Shown one piece after another: positions 12,228 to 22,759 of a stretch of 64,000 nucleotides of DNA (positions within the stretch are counted from its first letter, which is position 1; the number at the start of each line of letters is the position of its first letter). The position numbers and the translations under genes were made by a program. Below the pieces are notes generated by a model, which was given only the letters and a program-made list of their open reading frames with translations, was not told the DNA's origin and ran no database searches. Source of the stretch: Chiloscyllium plagiosum (Eukaryota); contig NC_057719.1 in NCBI RefSeq assembly GCF_004010195.1, positions 92,560,037 to 92,624,036 of the forward strand, in the 5' to 3' direction.

Positions 12228-12435
12228 TAACTTGTTCCAATGATGTGCAGATTAGATGAATTGGCCATGCTAAATTGCCCACAACGTTCAGGGATATGTA
12301 GGTTAGGTGCATAAATCTGAGTTAAATATAGAATAATAGGGTAGGGGAATGGGTCTGGGTGGGTTTCTCTTTGGAGTGTCGGTGCGGACTTGTTGGGCTG
12401 AAGGGCCTGTATCCACACTGTAGTGATTCTATGAT
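12228..12435 (+). mobile_element. HE1-type SINE 3' half
   Basis: gatgtgcagattagatgaattggccatgctaaattgccc...gaagggcctgtatccacactgtagtgattctatg. Confidence 0.8.
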
Positions 12436-12505
12436 TGCCTCTTTATCGCTCTGCCTCATACAAGCATTGTTAAATCCCTTCATCAATTTCGCTCTCTATT
12501 TGCAG

Positions 12506-13912
12506 TTAATTCGGCAGTTTTGTTTTAATGTTATTTGATTCATTTTATGGGATGCAGGTGTCTCGGGATGGTCAGCATTCATTGCCCCTGAGAAAGTGGT
12601 GGTGAGCTGCCTTCTTGAACGTCTGCCGTTCACTTGCTGTGGGTTGACTCACAATGTCATTGGGGTTGAAATTCCCGGATTTTGACGCAACAACAGTGAA
12701 GGAACGGTATCATTTTTCCAAGCCAGAATAATGAGTGGCTTGGAGGGGACCTCGAATTAGGTGGTGTTCCCATACACCTGCTGCCCTTGTCCTTCAAAAT
12801 GGAAGTGTTGTGCGTTTGGAAGGTATTATCAGAGGAGCTTAGGTGAACTTCTGTAGTGCAATTTGTAGACAGTACAGTCTGCTGAGAGTGAACATCGATG
12901 GTAGAGAGAATGGATACTTGTAGATGCAGTGCCAATCAAACGGGTTGCTTTGATATGGTCTTTTGAGTGTTGTTGGGCTGCACTCATCCAGGCAAGTGGG
13001 GAGTATTCCATCACACTCGTGACATTATGTGACTTTGTCCTGAAGAAGGTGCGGTCTCTCTGAATATATCACTTATTATCTGTTATCCATGGCCGTGAGG
13101 GATCCCCTGATCATGGTCATGGCTGAAATATTATATCAAGTTATTGGGATTTATTGCCCCTCCAGTTTCACACCAGTGTGTAGCGTTCGTTCTGCATTGG
13201 CTTTTGCAGCACTAGGCTGTTTTGGATTGTTAACACTGGTGTTCACACAGTTGATTGATAATTAGGTGTTGCCAGAAGCTGACAATAAAATACTGTACTG
13301 GGAAGACAGCAGCGCGGGCGATAGGAATGATTGTCACACTAACCTGCATAAAAATGCATATTTGCATATTTTTATTGTCAGCTTATCAATATAACTCACA
13401 ATATAAGCTCGTTCTGCCACGTGAAAGCTATGTTTTACACATCACCTGCATGAGTCACATTTGATTGGATGCGGCCCATCTTACCTCCTTGCATTTCCAT
13501 TCATCCTGATTTTACTGTTTAATGCTTTGCTAAACGTCAAACACATTCTAGTTGCCAGTGCAAACCGCAGGAGACTCTGGGCACAGAGCAAAGGCGAGAA
13601 TCAGAGTGAAATGGAAAAGCAGAGGAAGTCCATTATGGTACTGTTTACCATCTTAGGTAGTTATATTCTCTTAAATTATTCATTTTTAAATAACGACTGC
13701 TTATGTTCGAATTACAAATATGACTTTTTCTTCCCGGCCCAGTCCAGTTTCACATATATTCTGCATTGAAGCTCGCACATGCTTCAGTTATTGAATTCCT
13801 GCACTGATCAGTTTGTTTGTGCTGGGACCTAGAATAATTACAGAACTGAGTTAAATAACGGAGTGCAATACCTATGAGTGAATTCATGAAAATCTTTAAG
13901 TTACAGAAGTAG
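12506..13912 (+). pseudogene. GPR139/GPR142-like GPCR pseudogene (exon 2), disrupted by a LINE insertion
   Basis: Probable acceptor tatttgcag|TT AAT at 12505. Resumes at about 13028 as VTLS*RRCGLSEYITYYLLSMAV, then CCQKLTIKYCT, FPFILILLFNAL..RRRL..MEKQRKSIMVLF. Collinear with 38311-39242 but with stops and frameshifts. Confidence 0.88.
12525..13027 (-). mobile_element. L2/Crack-like LINE 3' fragment
   Basis: MEYSPLAWMSAA..KATRLIG..IHSLYHRCS..CTVYKLHY. A related fragment lies at about 300-480. Confidence 0.7.
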
Positions 13913-16609
13913 GAAAATGAAATTCAAATTTTACGTTTTATTGCAACAGATCCCATTATTGTCTTTGTCATAAGCTGCAACTCTTTCAAGTTGCTCTTGA
14001 CTTTAAAGTAAAAAAAAAGTAGTATTCTAAAAATGTTTAAAGAACACTGCACTCATACATAAATACATTTGCAAACCCTGTTCTGAGTTCGTTTCCAGTT
14101 CTGTTGCATCTTGTTGACCCATATTTTCTTCACATTTTATGAGGTGACTCAGGTATGTGTGATTCTCCATTTCAAAACATTATGTGCAGTCATTCACGGA
14201 ATGTCAATTTTATGGATAATCTTCAAATCATATAATGTTTATGCCTGTGGAATTAGTCATTTGGCTAATCATGCTTGCATTGTTTGATAACAAGCCTTCC
14301 AGTTTAACGTCACTTACCAGTATTTGATCCATAGCACTCTAGGTTGTTGTACATGATGGTGAATTGCAGATACCCTTTCCAGTTATTGAATGTTTCTACC
14401 TTTATCTTTCTGGTAGTAGTTTTCAGACCCCAATCACTGTCACAGAAAGCGACTTTTCTCATCCTCCCCTTTTACGCTCATCGAAAACTCCTTTAATTTG
14501 TGCACCCTAATAACAGGTTTCACTGCTCAGTTTAATCAACCCTCAGCATCCAAGATGGATTCCTTACAAATTTTTATATTATAATGAAGTCTCCACTTAG
14601 CCTCCCTCTGTCCAACTGAAACAGCAGAAGCCTTCCATCATCGCTGAATTTCCCCAGTCCTGCAAACATCAGTGTAAGTCTCCTCAGTCATTGTCCTTCA
14701 AGCTATTACACTGTAACTGTGTGAGTTCAAAGCTTCTGGTGGTAATTATGTTAACAGCCTCTCTTCTTGTACAGATATAATTGTGTTATAATTAAGAAAG
14801 AAAAAGCCCACTTTGTTCATTATGTTTACTCACTGTTTTACTTCCTCGATATCAGTTTTCTCAGCTTTTAGAACATGCTATCAAATAATTTTGTTCAAAG
14901 AGAATTGCATTTCCAAAATTACAATCTTTCGACTATTTGGATACTTTCAAACTGAACTACATTTACAATGAGCAATTCTTATCATCCGAGATTAAAGATT
15001 CACTCGTGTTCAAACAATATTTTGAAGTTCACTCAGACTATCTCGAATGGGACCAGGCTACACAGCGAGTTTAGGGATGTCACTCGATACCTTCATTGCC
15101 CATTTTAAGGACAAGTGGGAATCATCCACACGAGTGCCCTTGGGAGGAAATCATCCTTTGGCGGTCCAAATTCTGTTAAATTGTGTTGAGCCCCAGATAT
15201 CACAGGCTTCCCTTCTTACCAGTCTCACCTGGAATCGGCAGGATTGGGGGAGGGGGTGCGGCTGTAGTTACCTCTGTCACGAATATGGACCAACAAGGAC
15301 CATTTAATAAGAAGTCTGAAAGTCCCAAGGGCCTGTTTGTCCAATAGCACCAATCTTATAACAACAGGCCCCAGAAATATTACCCAGCTTGTTTAGATAG
15401 GGGATAGGGGCCGCGTTAGTCCAATGATAATGACATTTGCCGTCGGTATGGTCGGAAGGGTCATTGGGCTAGTGACATTCGGGAGCAGTTGGCTGCTTCT
15501 CCTACAACCGCAGGAATTCATCCCTCTTTCTGCCCCAACCTTTACATTTATGGACTGTTTCCAAACTGCATGATAGTGGTTATCGGAACAGGCTGTCTTG
15601 ATTAGGCTATCCACCTCTCCCCTTGAAGATCCAATGATGGTAATTAATGTCCAGGGGAAGCGTGTTAAGATTTTAGTCAGCTCCGGCATGACTATTTCTT
15701 CTTTACACAGCTTTGTGGAACTTCCAATTGGCACTCACCATTGGTATGGCCGGACTTCCCATGGTGGAATCTCTTTCCTAACCTGTTTGTATTCAGATTG
15801 GTCAGCTCCAGGTAGAGGAATCGTTTGCCATTGCCAATAATTCACTTGCTTGCCTACTGGGTCGTGAGACACCGTTTAAAATCAGTGCTTTGATCCACTG
15901 TTTGGATCGGGGATATTGTTGGAGCTCCCCGATTACTCTATGGCGTAGGTCCTGAATTTGCTGATGCAGTGCTCTGACTCTGAGACATAGGCTATATTGT
16001 ACCCCTGGCAACTACAGAACATTATGCACCTCCAACAACGGACCGAGAAGGAAGCACTGACCTTTGCTTAAGCTTTTGCCATCACCTAATCCTCACATTT
16101 CCCTCTTCCGAAAGCGTCCACTGAACGATCCTTTTCAACTACCGCCTGGTCCTTGACTTATATGCAAGTCTGGTGGCCTTTTGTTTAGGTCAGTCAGGTT
16201 CAATGCAGTCCCATGGACCTAGGTGTTTCCGTTCAGCTTGATACTGTGCAATCAACTTTGTTTGCGATTGGTCCCTCCTCAGTGCCCTTTGTCACTGTTT
16301 CTGTTAAGTCCCACATCAGCCTGAGGAAATTGTTCCTATGATCCAATCCTCGACTTGTGGTGAATCTGTAAGGGAGACCCATTGTGGGAACTTTCGGATT
16401 ACTGTCTTCTGATGAGGCTGGTTGCATCTGACTTCCATCTGATGACTGGCCGGTGATTTTTCTCCAGCATCAATCACTTTCGCTCCATGACCATATGCCC
16501 CCACCGCTCCCGGTGTCCCCTCCCACTTCTCTGTGGGCACTCCATAAAAATCATGTGCTTTCTCCTCTGTGTTGCTGTCCACCCTGGTGTGGTCATCCCT
16601 AGCGTCACC

Positions 16610-16792
16610 GAGGTTTGAGAAGAATTGCGGTTCAGGTTGAGGTTTTGAATGTAGACTTGCTCGCTGAGCTGGAAGGTTCACTTTCAAACGTTTCCTCACC
16701 ATACTAGGTAATATCATCTGATGATATTACCTAGTATGGTGACAAAATCTCTGAAAACAAATGTTCCAGCTCCGAGAGCAAACCTACATCCA
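16610..16792. mobile_element. Inverted pair of Poseidon-type Penelope terminal repeats inserted in ERV pol
   Basis: Perfect 23-bp arms at 16696-16718 and 16720-16742. Both arms continue into (g/a)aaa..tgaaa..ttccagctc.g.gagcaa..ctacat, homologous to 49050-49180 and 54430-54510. Confidence 0.8.
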
Positions 16793-18346
16793 TAGACTTT
16801 CACCTGACGTGGAAATAGGCATTCAGCCTGTTATTGATGCTCTGCTCTCTCAGAGGGTGTTGTGTCTGACTCGAATTCCCTGTAATACTCCCATTTTACC
16901 TGTTCCTAAACCAGGCAGGAACAATGAGTGGCGGTTTGTACGGAATTTGCATGCTGCAAGTCAGAATGTTATCCCTATGGTGCTAATCATCCCTGATACC
17001 CACACCATCAAAATGAACGCTCCCTGCTTAGAGTTATCTTCCACACCTGTTGACAATCCTGACCTTTTCCTATTAACTGATGGCTCATCCATGCCCCCCT
17101 CTGATGATCATTGACTTTCAAGTTACACAGTCTTTCCTCCCTTCAAAGCACTGGAGTCACGTGCTCTACTGTCCGGGACTTCAGCACAGTTGCTGAACCC
17201 TTTGCCCTTACCTGTGCATGTATCCTTGCCATGGGAAAATCCGTTAACATTTACACTGATTCCCAGTATGACTTTGGGGTGGTCCATGACGCCGATACAC
17301 CCCAGAAAAATCGTGGGTTTAGTACATCATCCGGTAAACCTATTCAGCACGCGACTCGTATCAACAACCTATTGGAAGCCGTGCTTTACCCTGCATGTGT
17401 AGTGGTTGCCAAGTTTGAAGCTTATATAACCCAAAAGATAAGGTGTCCCACGGCAATGCTGCAGCAGGTGGCCCCTTGGATGTGATTGGTCATGGTCCCC
17501 TCCTTGGTTAGGATACTAGTCCCTTCCACCATTCTACTTACAGCAGCTCTCCAAGCGCCGGAAGTGGCTGCAGAGGCGGAGCATGATTTCTGGGCTCGTG
17601 TTGGAAAGTACCCTGGTGTTTCTCGCCTTTGGCGGCATCCTGATTGTAGGGTGGTCTGTCCGCGCACTCTCCTCCATGTGCTTGCCCGGCAGGGACATGT
17701 AGGAAAAGGAGGATACTGCATCAAGTTGCCCAACAATGGTTTGCACCTCCATATGTACTATCTTAAATTAAATAGTCGAAACCTACGTAATTTGCCAACA
17801 GTAAAATAGAGGGAGAACAACTGCACGTTTTCAACATTTATTTCGCCCTGAGATGCCATTTGGGAACTTGAGGATTCATTTTGTCCATATGACTCCTTCG
17901 GGATGGTTTAATTATATAGTGGTCATAGTAGACTAGGTCTCCAGATGGATAGAGGCATTTTCCACCAGAAGGGATGATGCCCAAACAAGTAGTAAACTGT
18001 GTTATAAAAGATATAATACCCTGATTTGGAATACCAGGACAAATGAATAATGACAGGGGTACTCACTTTACTGGGAAATTCGTAACAACACTGCGCAGTA
18101 TTGGGATTTGTGTGGAAGGTTCATATCCCCTATCAATCCCAGTCCTCAGGAATAGTGGAATGAAATAATGGGATGCAAAAAAAATATTTTTGCAAAGACT
18201 TGTCAGGAAAGTGGACTGAAGCGGCCTGAGCCTTGCCACTCTCCGAAACCAGGTTAATAGAACCACTGGTCTAACCCCATTTGAAACTCTGATGGGAAGA
18301 CCTAAGACTCCTGGTACATAGCCTGTCTACATGGGAACATAAGCCA

Positions 18347-18862
18347 TAGAATAATGCAGTGCATAACTCGCCCTTCGGTCCTTGCTGTTGCACCGACCTG
18401 TGAAGCAATCTAAGCCGATCCCCCTACACTATCCCATCATCATCTATATGCTTATCAAAGGACTGTTTAAATGCCTCTAATGTGGCCGAGTTAACTACAC
18501 TGGCAGGCGGGGCATTCCACGCCCTTACCACTCTCTGAGTAAAGAACCTGCCTCTGACAGCTGTTTTAAATCTATCACACCTCAATTTGCAGCTATGCCC
18601 CCTCGTACAAGCCGATGTCATCATCCTAGGAAAAAGACTCTCACTGTCCACCCTATCTAATAGTCTGATTATCTTGTATGTCTCTGTTAAATCCCATCTT
18701 AGCCTTCTTCTCTCCAATGAGTACAAAACCAAGTCCCTCAGCCTTTCCTCATAAGACTTCAGCCTTTCCTCCAGACCAGGCAACATCTAGGTAAACCTCC
18801 TCTGCACCTTTTCAATGCTTCCACATCCTTCCTGTAATGAGGCGACCAGAACTGTACGCAAT
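18347..18862 (-). mobile_element. CR1 3' fragment inserted in the ERV integrase region
   Basis: MLPGLE..SYEERLRDL..RGHSCKL..FFTQRVVRAWNA. Confidence 0.9.
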
Positions 18863-20985
18863 TAGTAGAAATAGCCCTGATTGAGGGTAGATGGGAAAAC
18901 CCTCCAGTGTTCGCAGGTGCTCTGTTTCTGAGGAAAGGACTGTATCAAGTGTTACTGAGAAACTAAACGGCAGTTAATTTGGAAGGACATAGGAGTGGGT
19001 GCACTTGACCAGCTATAAAACACATAACCTCACCAACTCGGTAACTACTAAAGCGAAGCAAGAGAACCCTGTGGATGCAATTCCTGGGCCCCCTCAGCTT
19101 GCAAACGACTGAAACTACATATGCATGGCCTTGTTTTGGACATGCCAAAAGTGGCCCCCCTTTGCGTAATGATGACATAATACAATGTGGATCATACTGT
19201 ACGCTGTTTTTAGTCAGATGGGTCAGGGTCTGGCGAGAGGTAACCGCCATTCCTCCACTGCAGTGAGAGGTCAAAAAGGGTATCAGATACTTGGCAATGT
19301 TGTTTCTTGTAAGTTAAGACTCTGCTGTCTGGAGGACATTCCATGTCCCCTTGTGGCACTTCTTAGTTTACGAGGGTGGATCACAACCCGTAAGTAATCT
19401 GTAGCAGGGGAAGATATGGAAACTAAAAGGATTTTCTAGCAAGTGTATAAAAAGGAGGAGGCAGGTCATGGGCATATGTCAGATGGAGATGCGATTTGAA
19501 TTGGTCCTAATTCCATACCAAGATCAGCTACAATCCTCGTGTGACACACCAGGTTTGTCAATACAAGGGTTGAGAGGCGGAGTGTATTTTTTCCTGTGTG
19601 GAATCCCTGGACAGAACCTTTGCAGTGGTGCCTGGAGTCTGGGTTTTGGCATTTAGAAAACCCTTTTCTGTCTGAGAGTATAGCTCAGAAAAAATGTTTC
19701 CCCTCTGTTGTGGGAATAAAGTGACTAAAATGATCAATACACCACGAAACGTTTCTGCATCTGGCCTAACAAAGCACTCGTATGGTGGGAAAATGAACCG
19801 CCTATTGGCTGTGTGCATAAATGCCTACCTATTTACAGTGGGATGTCCCCATGTGGCCAGTATCATTTAGCTGGCCTGTATTTGCCAAATAGCTAATATA
19901 CCAAACCTCTTTTGGCAGATCTGATAACTCTGAGAATGTGCAGGAGTGGAAGTCAGCAGGGGATAATCTGGCCTGATTCTGAGATTGGCACCAACCCGAC
20001 TATAACAAATTCCATATGCCCCATTTCCTTGTAGTCCTCAACAACTCTGTCAGTGCTATCAATTTATTCACACGAGACGGGAAGGTTTCTACTGACTCTT
20101 ACCTGGAATGTAGTCAATGTTCATTCATTGGTCTAGCGTACTTCATAAGTGGGCAGATCCAGGTACCAGGTTGTGGAGGGACAGACATTCCAACTTAACG
20201 TCTGACAACAGCATCTATTTTACCTGCTGTCTTAAGGCCTATCCTTGGCTTCCTTCAGATTAGAGATGGTCGTGTTATATGGGATGTGTTGTTCCTCGCA
20301 TCAGAGTGTTGAATGCGCTACATTCATCCTGAAGCCCAAGTGATCCCTCACCAGATTCCTCACCTAGGTAGGGACGCCTTCTTCTCCTATTGAAATCTAT
20401 CTGCGTTCCCAAGAATTGGGCAAATTAAAACTGTATTAGACACTGTTCCCAATGATACCGCTGAGACCCTGACTGAGGTCAAAGCTGAGTTAGTCGTAGT
20501 TAGAACAGTGGCCCTTCAGGACTGTCTTGTCTTGCATCTTCTACTATCCACAGAAGGTCGTAATTATGTTGTTATTGGGCGGGAATACTGTACCTAAATA
20601 CCTGACATTTTGAAAAATATCTCAGATTTGGTGACGCACATTCTCAAGAAAGTCAAGAAATTAAGCTCCCCTTTTGTTTCCAGGTGCTCTTTGAACTCGC
20701 CTGACTGGGTAGTGGGGATCCTCCTTAGTCATTAGCTCATCATCTTTACTATCACACTCCCGATACTTTGTATCATATGGTGAACGACAGGCTGTTGCTG
20801 AGCACAGTTTGTTCTTATTACATTTTCTGCTCCAAAGCCGGTAAGCAACTACCACATCATTCCCAATAGCGACCCCTCCAATGAGCGAGCATGTGTGTGT
20901 ATGCGTTCTTTTCCAAAAGGGTATGCACCCACCTGTTTTGGATGACCCGGTATCCTAGACGTAGGTGTTGAACTGGAAGACCAAC

Positions 20986-21448
20986 AAGGAGGGAATTGTG
21001 GAAGGTAGTAATAACTTGACATACTGATGCATGATGGGGTGCTTGATCAAGGTAAAAGGTGACTTTGCTGTCAGGCTTTCAGCTGTAGTGGAAGAATACT
21101 GCTGGAGATCAAGACTGCGGTTATATAATTAGTTAAAAATCACACAACACCAGATTATAGTCCAATAGGTTTAATTGGAATAATTAGAGTTTGATGAAAT
21201 ATAGAGAGTGTATCTTAAGTGTATCGTTGGTGTCTGTTCCTGAGCAACATCGGGACTAAAGGGAATGGCTGCACCTTGCTTTTCCTGATTTATTGTTTTC
21301 AACATTGCGTTAGTGCTGCATGAAATGTTAGTAAAACAAACGACTTGTCTGTATTATTGTGTAAACATCGGCTGACTGTTCAGCTTGGGAGACAGAGAAG
21401 ACTGGAAGCCTCTCCGTGAATTCACAAAAAATAAAGCGGCTTCAAACA
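20986..21448 (+). repeat. ERV polypurine tract and 3' LTR
   Basis: AAGGAGGGAA-T-TGTGGAAG, with the LTR starting TG at 20997. Candidate CA ends at 21426 or 21448. Confidence 0.6.
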
Positions 21449-21984
21449 AGTCTTGACGTCTCAGACGAAGTAATTTCTTCGATACTATCGCTCACTTATG
21501 AAGAAACTTTAACTTTCCTTCCAGCGTTTTCTTTTCTCTTTGCTCGTAAGTAGAATGAGACATTCAATACTTTCACATTCCAGAACCAGCAGTTATATAA
21601 TACATAGTCACAATCAGAGAGTTTGCTTCCATAAATCTCAGTTGTGATATATAGCTGTTATCCAAATCCACTCTATTTTAATTCTACATGAGTTCGACGT
21701 GCTAATAAAAAGCGTCTCTATCTTATTTGTTTCTAGGTCCCTTTTACCACTCTCTTTGCAAACTGCGTGGCTTTATAGGATTGCAGTTAGCATTTGGTCC
21801 ATTTGTTCAATAACACTTGACTCTGCTAGAGTAAAGGGTTCTAGGCTAATTTTCTTCCTGTCCTGTCGATTCCACTGTCTATCTCTTTATATTTTAATTA
21901 GAGCCCACGGACGAGCTATAGACATGGCTCATTTTGATTTATAGAGTGGTAGGTCATCTACACATGATTGTCCCAATCTCGATA

Positions 21985-22745
21985 TAGAACAAAGAATAAC
22001 GAAAATTTACAGCCCAGGAACAGGTCCTTCGGCCCTCCAAGTTTGAGCTAATCCAAATCCACTGTCTAAGCCTATCACCCAATTCCTAAGGATCTGTATC
22101 CCTCTGCACCCCACCTACTCATGCATCTGTCCAGACGCACCTTAAATGAATCTACCATGCCTGCCTCTACTACCTCTGCTGGCAATGCGATCTAGGCAGT
22201 TACCACTCTCTGTGTACTTGCTGGGTGTATCCGCCTTACACTTTTCACGTCTCACCTTGAAAGCATGACTTCTCGTTATTCAATCCCTCACCCTGGGAAA
22301 AAGTTTAACTCTATCCACCCTGTCTATACCCTTCACGATTTTGTAGACCTCAATCAGGTCCCCTATCAATCTCCTTTTTTCTAATGAAAACAATCCTAAC
22401 CTACTCAACCTCTCTTCATAGCTAGCACCTGCCATACCAGGTAACATCCTCGTAAGGAGAAAGTGAGGACTGCAGATGCTGGAGGTCAGAGTTGAAAAAT
22501 GTGTTGCTGGAAAAGCGCAGCAGGTCAGGGAGCATCCAAGGACCAGGAAAATCGACGTTCAGGAAGAAGGGCTTATGCCCAAAACGTCGATTCGCCTGCT
22601 CCTTGGATGCTGCGTGACCTGCTGCGCTTTTCCAGCAACATGTTTTTCAGCAACATCCTCGCAAACCTTCTCTGCACCCTCTCCAAAGTGTCCACATCCT
22701 TTTGGTAACGTGGTGCCCAGAGCTGTATGCAGTATTCTAAATATG
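21985..22745 (-). mobile_element. CR1 3' fragment
   Basis: Reverse complement of a CR1 RT C-terminus and 3' UTR, interrupted at 22456-22649. Confidence 0.85.
22456..22649. mobile_element. Fold-back (inverted) Penelope terminal-repeat insertion
   Basis: Starts GGAGAAAGTGAGG. Inverted arms at ~22496-22559 and 22583-22648 surround hammerhead stem II. Flanked by GTAACATCCTCGTAA / GCAACATCCTCGCAA. Confidence 0.85.
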
Positions 22746-22759
22746 TTAGGCTTTGTCCT

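Larger units (their letters stand above)
15030..21448 (+). mobile_element. Decayed class I (epsilon-like) endogenous retrovirus: gag-pro-pol-env-3'LTR, lacking the 5' LTR
   Basis: Degenerate knuckle CRRYGRKGHWASD (~15437); protease VKILVSSGMTISSL; RT start CNTPILPVPKPGRNNEWRFVRNL; RNase H TDGSS / VNIYTDSQY; integrase RWIEAF..FGIP..DRGTHFTG; env TM VALQDCLVLHLLLSTEG..VIGREYCT*IPD. Confidence 0.92.

Noticed and set aside
16761..16792. MFQLREQTYIH as the ERV RT N-terminus
   Set aside because: These codons come from the inserted Penelope terminal repeat.
19690..20860. Co-opted (syncytin-like) env gene
   Set aside because: Multiple stops and frameshifts, and a decayed CX6CC motif.
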